Assembly (NCBI GenBank): GCA_050506795.1 | Contig: JBJHCF010000058.1 | Span: 1-26,970, forward strand | DNA from: Opitutia bacterium | Lineage (GTDB): Bacteria > Verrucomicrobiota > Verrucomicrobiia > Opitutales > T3Sed10-336 | Direction: 5' to 3' | DNA: 26,970 nucleotides | Shown here: one piece after another, positions 9,317-17,142 of the stretch | Position numbering within the stretch: position 1 is the first letter of the stretch | Layout of the letters: every line of letters begins with the position of its first letter | Notes under the pieces: generated by a model | What the model was told of the DNA's origin: nothing | What the model saw: the letters and a program-made list of their open reading frames with translations, nothing else | Databases searched by the model: none | Made by a program: the position numbers and the translations under genes

Positions 9317-10117
9317 ATGAGCAAAATTGGATTTATCGGAGCGGGCCGCATGGCCACCGCCATGGTTCGGGGTATGCTGGCCAAAGAGGTTTGCCGGCCG
9401 GAGGACATCATCTGCACCAGCGCGCTGGACAACACCGCCGAACGGTTGGCCGGGGAGACCGGAGTCGCTTTCAGTTTGGATCTCAAGGACCTCATGCCGG
9501 CGACTTCCGTTCTTGTGTTGGCCATTAAGCCGCAGCAACTGGCGCAATTGCCCGGCGAGATCGCAGCCGATACCGAGGGCAAGCTCATCATTTCCATTCT
9601 GGCCGGGAAAACACTCGCGACCCTGCGCGAGCGTTTTCCGCAGGCACGCAACATCGTGCGGGTCATGCCCAATACTCCCGGACAGATCGGGGCGGGGGTT
9701 TCGGCGTTCGCCGCGCAGGGTCCTTTGTCCGGGGAGGATTCCGAACTGGTGCGGGCCATCCTGGGATCCCTTGGTGAGTGGGTTGAACTCCCCGAACCGC
9801 AGATCGACGCGGTCACCGGCCTCAGTGGCAGCGGGCCGGCCTACGTCTTTGAATTCATCGCCGCCCTGCGGGACGGCGGAACCGCCGCCGGTCTCGAACC
9901 GGACGTGGCCGCCCGGCTGGCTCTGGAAACCGTTCTCGGAGCCGCCCGTCTGGTCAAGGAAACCGGAGAGAAACCCGAAACCCTCCGCGACTTGGTCACC
10001 TCCCCCGGCGGGACCACGCTGGCGGGTCTGAAAGTCATGGAGGAGGGCCGGTTCCGCGATCTCCTGCGCGACACCGTGCTCGCCGCCAGGAAGCGATCCG
10101 AGGAGCTGTCCGGTTGA
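9317..10117 (+). CDS. proC: Pyrroline-5-carboxylate reductase
   Basis: IGFIGAGRMA (GxGxMA), LAIKPQ, ISILAG, RVMPNTP, GLSGSGPAY and VTSPGGTT. Confidence 0.97.
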   Translation: MSKIGFIGAGRMATAMVRGMLAKEVCRPEDIICTSALDNTAERLAGETGVAFSLDLKDLMPATSVLVLAIKPQQLAQLPGEIAADTEGKLIISILAGKTLATLRERFPQARNIVRVMPNTPGQIGAGVSAFAAQGPLSGEDSELVRAILGSLGEWVELPEPQIDAVTGLSGSGPAYVFEFIAALRDGGTAAGLEPDVAARLALETVLGAARLVKETGEKPETLRDLVTSPGGTTLAGLKVMEEGRFRDLLRDTVLAARKRSEELSG

Positions 10118-10210
10118 AATCCCGCGGGCTGCTCGATTGACACCGGGGGCGTTTTATCCGTTTTTTGGAATAACGGTCCCTCATGGGCCGTCTCCTCACC
10201 GTACTGGATC

Positions 10211-12169
10211 ATGGAAGTACTGCTGATCGCATTGGCTGCCGGACTCGGTTTTATCGTCGCCTATCACACCTACGGCCGCTGGTTGGGCCGCAAGGTGTTC
10301 CGGCTTTCCGCCGAGGCCGTGTGTCCGTCGGAAAGTCTGCGCGACGATGTCGACTACGTCCCGAGCAAAACCAGCATTGTTTTTGGGCATCATTTCACCT
10401 CTATCGCCGCCACCGGTCCCATAGTCGGCCCGGCCATCGCCGTGATCTGGGGATGGCTGCCGGCGTTGCTCTGGGTGTTGTTGGGATCCATCTTTATCGG
10501 GGCGGTGCACGATATGGGGAGCCTGGTGGTGTCCCTGCGCAACCGCGGGCAGTCGGTGGGGGACATCGCCGGACGGGTTCTCAACCGCCGCGTTCGGCTG
10601 CTCTTCTTTGCCGTGCTTTTCTTGGCCCTGACCATCATCATCGCGATTTTCGGTCTGGTGATCGCGGCGGTATTTCGTCAATACCCGGCGGCCATTTTCC
10701 CCTGCCTGGTGCAGATTCCCATCGCCATCGGCGTTGGGCTGTGGCTTCACCGGCGAGGGGTCAATCTGGTTGTGCCTTCGTTGATTGCCCTGTTTCTCAT
10801 GTACCTGACGGTGTTTTTGGGCAATGCGAACTTCAACTTTCCCTTGCTCGGCTGGGAAGCCGGTGCCTGGGGACTCGGGGCGATCAACCAGTGGTTCGCC
10901 TCCTGGCCCACCATCGTCTGGGTGGCGGTGCTGCTGGCCTATTCCTACGTCGCCAGCGTCATTCCCGTCTGGGTACTCCTGCAGCCCCGCGATTACATCA
11001 ACGCCCTGCAACTGGTCTCCGCCCTGGGCCTCGTGATGCTGGGTCTGGTGGCGGCGGCGGTTTTCGGGGGCGCGCCGCTCGACGGCGAGACCGCGCGTCA
11101 GCCGTTGGCGCTGAGCGCTCCGATGGTGCAGTGGAATCCGGCCGGCGCGCCGCTTATCGTTCCCTTTCTTTTCATCACCATCGCCTGCGGCGCCATCTCG
11201 GGATTTCACTGTCTGGTCAGTTCGGGCACCAGCAGCAAGCAGCTTAAAAAGGAAACCGATGCCCAAACGGTGGGCTACGGAGCCATGCTGACCGAAGGCT
11301 TCCTCGCCACCCTGGTGATCCTCGCCTGTGTGGCCGGTCTCGGTCTCGGCATCACCACCGCCGGAGGAGCGGTGCTCACCGGCGCGGAAGCCTGGGAGGC
11401 CCGCTATGCCTCCTGGGGCGCGGCGGGCGGGCTGGCCGCGACGGTGGGGGCGTTTGTCGACGGTTCGGCCAACTTCCTCGCCGCCCTCGGTCTGCCCCTG
11501 GCGGCGGCCACCGCGCTGATGGGAGTGTTTGTGGCTTCATTCGCCGCCACCACCCTCGACACCGCCACCCGCCTGCAACGTTACGTGATCCAGGAACTGG
11601 CGGCGGCCCTGGGCGGTCGCCGGGCCAGCCAGGGAGCTTCGCCGGCCGCCGCCGGTGCCGTCTTGCGCGGAGGCGGGTTCCCGCCACTCGACTGGTTGGG
11701 CAATCGGTACGCCGCCACCCTGGTGGCGGTGGTGGTGGCCGGTGCCATGGCGTCGCTGCCCGGTCCCGGGGCCGAGTCCTGGACCCTGGCCACCGCCGGG
11801 GGAGGCGGACTCATTCTCTGGCCCATGTTCGGCGCGGTGAATCAGCTCATGGGCGGCCTGGCTTTCCTGGTGATCGCCTTCTGGCTCTGGCGGCGCGGAA
11901 GGCCGATCTTTTTTATCGTTATTCCCCTGATCTTCATGCTCATCATGCCCGCCTGGGCCATGCTCTGGCAGATCTTCGTCCAGGCCCCCGGCCAGGGAAC
12001 CAGTTGGCTCCAGGACGGAAACTGGATTCTGCTCTCCATAGGCCTCCTCACCATCGCCCTCCAGGTCTGGATGATGGTCGAAGCCATCAAACTCTTCCCC
12101 CGGGTCAAAGGAGTCGTCGAGGAACACACCTGGGAAACCGCCTCCCCGGCCGAAGCGGCGCCAAAATGA
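10211..12169 (+). CDS. cstA: Carbon starvation protein A (CstA-family peptide/pyruvate transporter)
   Basis: DDVDYVP, FGHHFTSIA.TGPIVGP, GAVHD, LLQPRDYIN, FITIACGAISGFH.LVSSGT, GYGAMLTEG, TTLDTATRLQRY and WPMFGAVNQL; many TM helices. Confidence 0.95.
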   Translation: MEVLLIALAAGLGFIVAYHTYGRWLGRKVFRLSAEAVCPSESLRDDVDYVPSKTSIVFGHHFTSIAATGPIVGPAIAVIWGWLPALLWVLLGSIFIGAVHDMGSLVVSLRNRGQSVGDIAGRVLNRRVRLLFFAVLFLALTIIIAIFGLVIAAVFRQYPAAIFPCLVQIPIAIGVGLWLHRRGVNLVVPSLIALFLMYLTVFLGNANFNFPLLGWEAGAWGLGAINQWFASWPTIVWVAVLLAYSYVASVIPVWVLLQPRDYINALQLVSALGLVMLGLVAAAVFGGAPLDGETARQPLALSAPMVQWNPAGAPLIVPFLFITIACGAISGFHCLVSSGTSSKQLKKETDAQTVGYGAMLTEGFLATLVILACVAGLGLGITTAGGAVLTGAEAWEARYASWGAAGGLAATVGAFVDGSANFLAALGLPLAAATALMGVFVASFAATTLDTATRLQRYVIQELAAALGGRRASQGASPAAAGAVLRGGGFPPLDWLGNRYAATLVAVVVAGAMASLPGPGAESWTLATAGGGGLILWPMFGAVNQLMGGLAFLVIAFWLWRRGRPIFFIVIPLIFMLIMPAWAMLWQIFVQAPGQGTSWLQDGNWILLSIGLLTIALQVWMMVEAIKLFPRVKGVVEEHTWETASPAEAAPK

Positions 12170-12203
12170 AAAAACGCTTGAACCCAGAAAGTTTTCTGCG
12201 AGC

Positions 12204-12231
12204 TTGAAAGCAGGGAACTTTCGCCTAGTAT
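12204..12231 (+). promoter_or_regulatory. Putative sigma70 promoter of tRNA-Cys
   Basis: TTGAAA (12204-12209), 16-bp spacer, TAGTAT (12226-12231), ending 16 nt before the tRNA. Confidence 0.5.
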
Positions 12232-12247
12232 CTTAGGTTTTTCCGAC

Positions 12248-12319
12248 GGTGAGGTAGCCAAGTGGTAAGGCCGGAGTCTGCAAAACTCCTATACGCGGGT
12301 TCGATTCCCGCCCTCACCT
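12248..12319 (+). tRNA. tRNA-Cys (GCA)
   Basis: Acceptor stem GGTGAGG/CCTCACC, D-arm GCC-AAGTGGTAA-GGC, anticodon arm GGAGT-CT GCA AA-ACTCC, T-arm GCGGG-TTCGATT-CCCGC and discriminator U. The genome reads CCG after it, so the terminal CCA is not fully encoded. Confidence 0.98.
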
Positions 12320-12461
12320 CCGATTTTTAAAGCCCCAATCTTGGAAAGCCTTGGGTGGGGTACTGGGGGCGGGGGGCTATGGGTTGAAACTGTCTGAGCC
12401 GGATCCGGTCGTCGCGGTAATACTCGAACAGAGGTCAGGGATTCGTGTGTAAACAGGACAG

Positions 12462-12767
12462 TTGAAGGAGAACCCGATGGCTTTAAGGGTGGCGTTTATT
12501 GGTCCCATCTATGGAAACATGGGCCCGGTCGAGGTGCCGAGTGACGCTCCGCCGATGTTCAATGTGATCGCCACCGATGACTTTCTCTTCCGGGGTGAGT
12601 TCGGTGTTGTCCGATCCTGGTTCGACGCCGGGATACCGGCTGAGTTTCACCTTTATCAGAATGGTGGCCACGGTTTCGGTCTCGGTAATCCGGATCGCAC
12701 CAGCAACCGCTGGTTCGACGCCTTCATGCATTGGCTGGAAGTGAACCGCTTCCTGGAAGCCAGGTGA
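12462..12767 (+). pseudogene. C-terminal fragment of an alpha/beta hydrolase (esterase-like)
   Basis: AF.GPIYG...DAPPMF.V.ATDD...W..AG.PAEFHLYQNGGHGFG retains the catalytic Asp/His region, but the N-terminal half with the GxSxG nucleophile is missing. Confidence 0.65.
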
Positions 12768-12939
12768 CGTGGTGACGAAGAGTGATGGCTTTCTTGAGTG
12801 ATGGGAAAGTCCAGGACCTAAAGCCAGTGGGCTGGTGCCTTACCATCGATCGAATCCACCCGTGTTCGTGTCGGAACCGCTCAATAATACGGATCCCAGG
12901 AAGGTTGTTCCAGAACGGGAACTCTAACGGATAATCGGA

Positions 12940-13902
12940 TCAGGTTCCACGTACGACCGATTCTTCCAGGCGGTCCATTTCCTCATCCGTGAAAGGACTA
13001 TACTGTTTGGCGAGACGGACGTTTTCGTCCACCTGCGAAACGTTCGTGATTCCGATCGCGGCGGTGGCAATTGGAAAGGCATTACCGGAACGTCCGGCGC
13101 TTAAGGTATAAGTGAGAGCCTGTTCCATTGTAATCCCGGTATCGAAAATTCCATTTCGTCCGGTGACTTTCATTGCGATGACCCCAACGTTCTTCTCGCG
13201 AATCGTTTCAAGGAATGCCCGCGTTTCCGCAGGGCTTTGACTCATGCTCATTCCGGCCGGATTCAACGTTAAGAACACGCAATCGAAGTCGTAGCGATTC
13301 AGAGCTTCGGTAAGAACTGCCGTTGAGTGACTGCTCAGCCCGATGTGGCCGATCCTGCCCTTCTCGCGGAGTTTTTCGAATCCCAGGATAGCCCCGTTTT
13401 CACGGTTCAGCACGGCATCCAGGTCCGTCCTTCGATTGATGGCGTGCAAAAGGTAGAGGTCGATAAAATCTGTTTGGAGTCGCTCGCAGCTTCTGGCAAA
13501 GTGAACATCCTCGATACCGCTGGCGGTCCGCTGAAAGGTCTTTGTGGTCAGAAAGACCTCGTCCCGGCGGTCTCTCATCACCTCTCCGATGTAGGACTCG
13601 CTGATGCCATTTCCGTAAACCTCCGATGTATCGATATAGTTGATACCTAGGTCGAGCGCGCGATTGATTATCTCCACGGATTCATCGCGACGGCCGGGTC
13701 GCTCGATCGTGCTCTGTCCTCCAAGGCTGACAATGCTCACCTCGAAACCGGTGCGTCCCAGCGTTCTTTTGGGTATTATTTCCGAATTGCTGTTATCGAC
13801 GTCGGCTCGCAGATCAAATGGGTTGGCGATATCCATCAATGAGATTGCAATCGTCGACCCGGCTGCCTTCTTTAGAAAATCTCTCCGTCCAATCCGTTTC
13901 AT
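12940..13902 (-). CDS. Aldo/keto reductase with twin-arginine (Tat) signal peptide
   Basis: MKRIGRRDFLKKAAG; RTLGRTG..VS..SLGG, GINYIDTS..YG, FLTTK, LQTDFIDLYLLH, IGLSSH and GVIAMK. ATG at 13902. Confidence 0.92.
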   Translation of the reverse strand: MKRIGRRDFLKKAAGSTIAISLMDIANPFDLRADVDNSNSEIIPKRTLGRTGFEVSIVSLGGQSTIERPGRRDESVEIINRALDLGINYIDTSEVYGNGISESYIGEVMRDRRDEVFLTTKTFQRTASGIEDVHFARSCERLQTDFIDLYLLHAINRRTDLDAVLNRENGAILGFEKLREKGRIGHIGLSSHSTAVLTEALNRYDFDCVFLTLNPAGMSMSQSPAETRAFLETIREKNVGVIAMKVTGRNGIFDTGITMEQALTYTLSAGRSGNAFPIATAAIGITNVSQVDENVRLAKQYSPFTDEEMDRLEESVVRGT

Positions 13903-14387
13903 GACTTCTTGCCCTTGTAGTGATTCAAGTTGAATGCGGACGGAAACCGCTGCGTCACCGCAGCCTGCGGCTCGGCCGAAACCCAAGAGCGCGCCGGAGC
14001 AGGTTTGGAAGCGCCTTCCGATTGTCCAAGATTACCGGGGAGATGAGGACGGTTCAACATTATACGAAAGTTGCGGACGCAATTTAGCAAGGGTAATGGG
14101 GTCTATTATTGACGCGTTCTTAGAGCGGCCGGCCCAGGTTGCCTTTGGAGATCCAGGCATGGTCGATGACGAAGGTTTCTGTCCGTTGGCATTAGCCAAC
14201 GCGGCGCCGATTCTGCGGCGGGCCGCAGACGAATCCGATTCTACGCGATTGCGTACGAGAACGCCTTCGACGAGGGCCGCCCTTCCGTAAGTCTCCACGG
14301 TTTACGGCTCTCTTCCGCTCTGGACTATCTCGTACGCGATAGACCTTGACGAAGCGCCCTTAAAAGATGTAATTCCACTGGATAACA

Positions 14388-15998
14388 ATGGATTGTAGAA
14401 TAAAGCCTCTTCGGAACTGCTCTGTGGCTTCTCTTGTGACAATCGCCCTGTGGTGGTCGAGTGCTGTTGGGGGAAGTTCAGAGTGGGAAAATGCCATCGG
14501 GCAACCGGGATTAAGCGGGTGGGTATGGTCCTTGAAAACGTTCGACGACGGACAGGGCGAGGCTCTTTATGCCGGGGGATCGTTCGGGTTGGCCGGAGAT
14601 CTAAGAGTAAACCGCATTGCCAAATGGGACGGTGACCAGTGGTCGGGACTGGGAGGTGGAACGAACGGTTTTGTTCGGCCCTTGGCGGTCTTTGACGACG
14701 GCACCGGTGAAGCACTCTATGCCGGAGGCCATTTCACCCATGCAGGGAACGTGGAGGTCAACTACATCGCACGATGGGACGGAAACCAGTGGTCGAGTGT
14801 GGGCGGCGGAATGAATGATGTTTTACAAGGATCGGCTCTGGTTGTGTTCGATGACGGGACTGGGGCGGCCTTATACGCTGGCGGAAGCTTCACAACGGCC
14901 GGCGGAGTCGAGGCTAAGGGCATCGCTCGCTGGGATGGTGAGAATTGGACCGGGGTGGGTGGCGGTGTTCAAGGTGAGGATGCCAAAGTGAGTTCGCTCG
15001 CTGTCTTCGATGACGGTACAGGCATGGCGCTTTATGTTGGAGGCCAGTTCGACACCGCCGGAAATATTTCAGCGCAAAACATCGCGAAATGGGATGGGCA
15101 GGAATGGCATTCCCTGGGTGCGGGCCTCAGCGGTGGATCGGATGGCCCAAAGGCAATGGCCGCATTCAATGACGGAACGGGAGACGCGCTTTATGTGGGC
15201 GGTTTTTTTACTCATGCTGACGGGCAGAGGGTGGATTATGTGGCGAAATGGGACGGTGACCGTTGGTTGCCGGTCGGTGCCGGATTGGGTTCTGCGGTGC
15301 GTAGTTTGATAACGTTTGATGACGGCGAAGGAGAGGCCTTATACGCGGGAGGTTTCTTCGGGACTGTAGATCAGGTCGAGTTTAATGGCATCGCCAAATG
15401 GGACGGTACGAAATGGTCACCCATTGGATCCGGCGTAGGAGGCGATTCTCGCCGGGTTTACGGAATGGAGGTGTGGGATGATGGAAGGGGCGAGGGTCTC
15501 TACCTCGGGGGAACTTTTACCTCAGTGGGCCGCCTGACGGCGAATCGAGTTGTCCTGTGGGGAAGAAAAACGCTTTCGAGCTATACGAGTTTTCAGGAAT
15601 GGCTGGAGAACGAATTGAGTGGTGAAATACCGGCAACGCCGGAGAGTGACCCGAAAGGCTTTGGAGTTCCAATCCTTTTGCGCTATGCATTCGGATTGGA
15701 TGCGCACCGGCCCGATCACAAAGGATTGCCTTTTGTCGCGTTCGACTCCCCACCCGGGTTGGACGAGGAATATTTGATGATTACCTTCACTCGGCTTTCC
15801 AATCCTCTGGATCTCGTATACCACGTTGAAGCAGGAGATGATTTGATTGGATGGGAGAGCCTGGGAGAAGAGTTTGTCGTGAGTGAAGCTGTGGCCGAAA
15901 CTGAAAGAACGAAGACCGTGACCGTCCAGGACAGTGTGCCTATCAACCAAAGGGATCAACGCTTTATGCGGGTCAGGGTGGAATTGATCGAGGAATAG
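14388..15998 (+). CDS. Secreted/surface protein with seven ~50-aa repeats (predicted 7-bladed beta-propeller) and a PVC-type C-terminal beta-domain
   Basis: Seven copies of (F/W)(D/N)DGxGxxLYxGGxF, six followed by (I/V)AxWDGxxW; hydrophobic N-terminus; C-terminal LLRYAFGLD...YLMITFTR...Y.VE...DL..W...RFMRVRV. Confidence 0.8.
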   Translation: MDCRIKPLRNCSVASLVTIALWWSSAVGGSSEWENAIGQPGLSGWVWSLKTFDDGQGEALYAGGSFGLAGDLRVNRIAKWDGDQWSGLGGGTNGFVRPLAVFDDGTGEALYAGGHFTHAGNVEVNYIARWDGNQWSSVGGGMNDVLQGSALVVFDDGTGAALYAGGSFTTAGGVEAKGIARWDGENWTGVGGGVQGEDAKVSSLAVFDDGTGMALYVGGQFDTAGNISAQNIAKWDGQEWHSLGAGLSGGSDGPKAMAAFNDGTGDALYVGGFFTHADGQRVDYVAKWDGDRWLPVGAGLGSAVRSLITFDDGEGEALYAGGFFGTVDQVEFNGIAKWDGTKWSPIGSGVGGDSRRVYGMEVWDDGRGEGLYLGGTFTSVGRLTANRVVLWGRKTLSSYTSFQEWLENELSGEIPATPESDPKGFGVPILLRYAFGLDAHRPDHKGLPFVAFDSPPGLDEEYLMITFTRLSNPLDLVYHVEAGDDLIGWESLGEEFVVSEAVAETERTKTVTVQDSVPINQRDQRFMRVRVELIEE

Positions 15999-16104
15999 GA
16001 ATGAACTCAGCGCACGGACGTCTACCCACCTTGGCGAAGGTTTCCAACACCGTAGGCGGTATACGCTCGATTTCATTTGCTTCGGAATACAAAGCAAAAA
16101 GAGA

Positions 16105-17142
16105 ATGATGAAAGAGAATATCGTGATCTGTGCCGACGGTACCTGGAATCGGCCTGAAGAGGACGTCGAGAGCGATGTGCCGACAAACGTCCTGCGTTTG
16201 GCGCGGGCAATAAAGCCATGGAAAACCAAGACGCATTCGCAGCACGTCTTTTATGATTGGGGAGTCGGGTCCTACTATGCGAAAGTCAGCGGCGGCGTCA
16301 CCGGACGGGGCATTCATAAGAATATTATGGATGCCTATCGTTATATTGTTCAGAATTATGATACCGGCTCCAAGGTATATTTGTTCGGCTTCAGCAGGGG
16401 TGCTTATACGGTTCGAAGCCTATGTGGACTGATCAATAATTGCGGAATACTGAAGCGCCCGGACGCAAGGCTCATTGAAAAAGCGTTCGCTCACTACAAA
16501 AAGGAGGGAAAGGACTTCGCTCCGGATGGCGATAAGTCGGTTCGTTTCAGAAAAGAATACTCACACGAATCCCGTGAGATTCAGTTTGTCGGGGTCTGGG
16601 ACACCGTGGGCGCATTGGGTGTGCCGGTTTCCCTGCTGGGGCTCCTTGACCGTACGGACGAGTTTTACGACACCAAGCTTGGGCCGAATGTGAAGATCGC
16701 GCGTCACGCCCTGGCGATTGACGAGCAGCGGGCGGATTTTGAACCGACGCTTTGGGTGCCGCGGGACGGACTGGATTTGAAGCAGGTCTGGTTTTCCGGG
16801 GTGCATTCTGATATCGGGGGTGGGTACACCCCCGATAAAAAGGGGCGTCTCGCGTCTGACTTCCCCCTGGAATGGATGATAACCGAAGCCGAAGCCGCCG
16901 GACTATGTTTTGAAGATCACCTGAGGAAAAGTCTGAATCCATCGATAAAGGCTCCACTGCACCGGTCACGCCGACACATCTACCGTCTTAGAAGACGGCT
17001 GCATCGGCCGATGTACCATCCCCACCTGAGAACGGGAATCCATAGCTCGGTGAAGAAGCGCTATGAAAGCGTCAAGAGTTACCGCCCCAAAAACCTGACC
17101 GCCTATTTGAGCGCATTCGGCTGGCCGGAGAAACTGGAGTGA
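16105..17142 (+). CDS. DUF2235 (Tle1-like) alpha/beta hydrolase domain protein
   Basis: IVICADGTWN, TNVLRL, YDWGVG, LFGFSRGAYTVR, GVWDTVG, HALAIDEQR.DF.PTLW and QVWFSGVHSDIGGGY. Confidence 0.92.
   Translation: MMKENIVICADGTWNRPEEDVESDVPTNVLRLARAIKPWKTKTHSQHVFYDWGVGSYYAKVSGGVTGRGIHKNIMDAYRYIVQNYDTGSKVYLFGFSRGAYTVRSLCGLINNCGILKRPDARLIEKAFAHYKKEGKDFAPDGDKSVRFRKEYSHESREIQFVGVWDTVGALGVPVSLLGLLDRTDEFYDTKLGPNVKIARHALAIDEQRADFEPTLWVPRDGLDLKQVWFSGVHSDIGGGYTPDKKGRLASDFPLEWMITEAEAAGLCFEDHLRKSLNPSIKAPLHRSRRHIYRLRRRLHRPMYHPHLRTGIHSSVKKRYESVKSYRPKNLTAYLSAFGWPEKLE

Noticed and set aside
10196..11266. 356-aa minus ORF and 354-aa alternate-frame plus ORF over cstA
   Set aside because: Shadow or alternate frames of a clearly identified cstA; low-complexity R/G/P/A-rich translations.
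12166..12207. 13-codon ORF MKKRLNPESFLRA overlapping the cstA stop (ATGA)
   Set aside because: Too short, no resemblance to YbdD/YjiX-type CstA partners, and it runs into the tRNA promoter.
13934..14298. 118-aa (+) and 88-aa (-) ORFs in the AKR/propeller intergenic region
   Set aside because: No motifs or RBS; the region is better explained as a divergent promoter with operator-like palindromes.
14530..15560. Periodic DNA repeats (e.g. AAATGGGACGG, GACGACGG) considered as a CRISPR or nucleotide repeat array
   Set aside because: They are codon-level echoes of the propeller blades, vary at synonymous positions, and have no unique spacers or cas genes.
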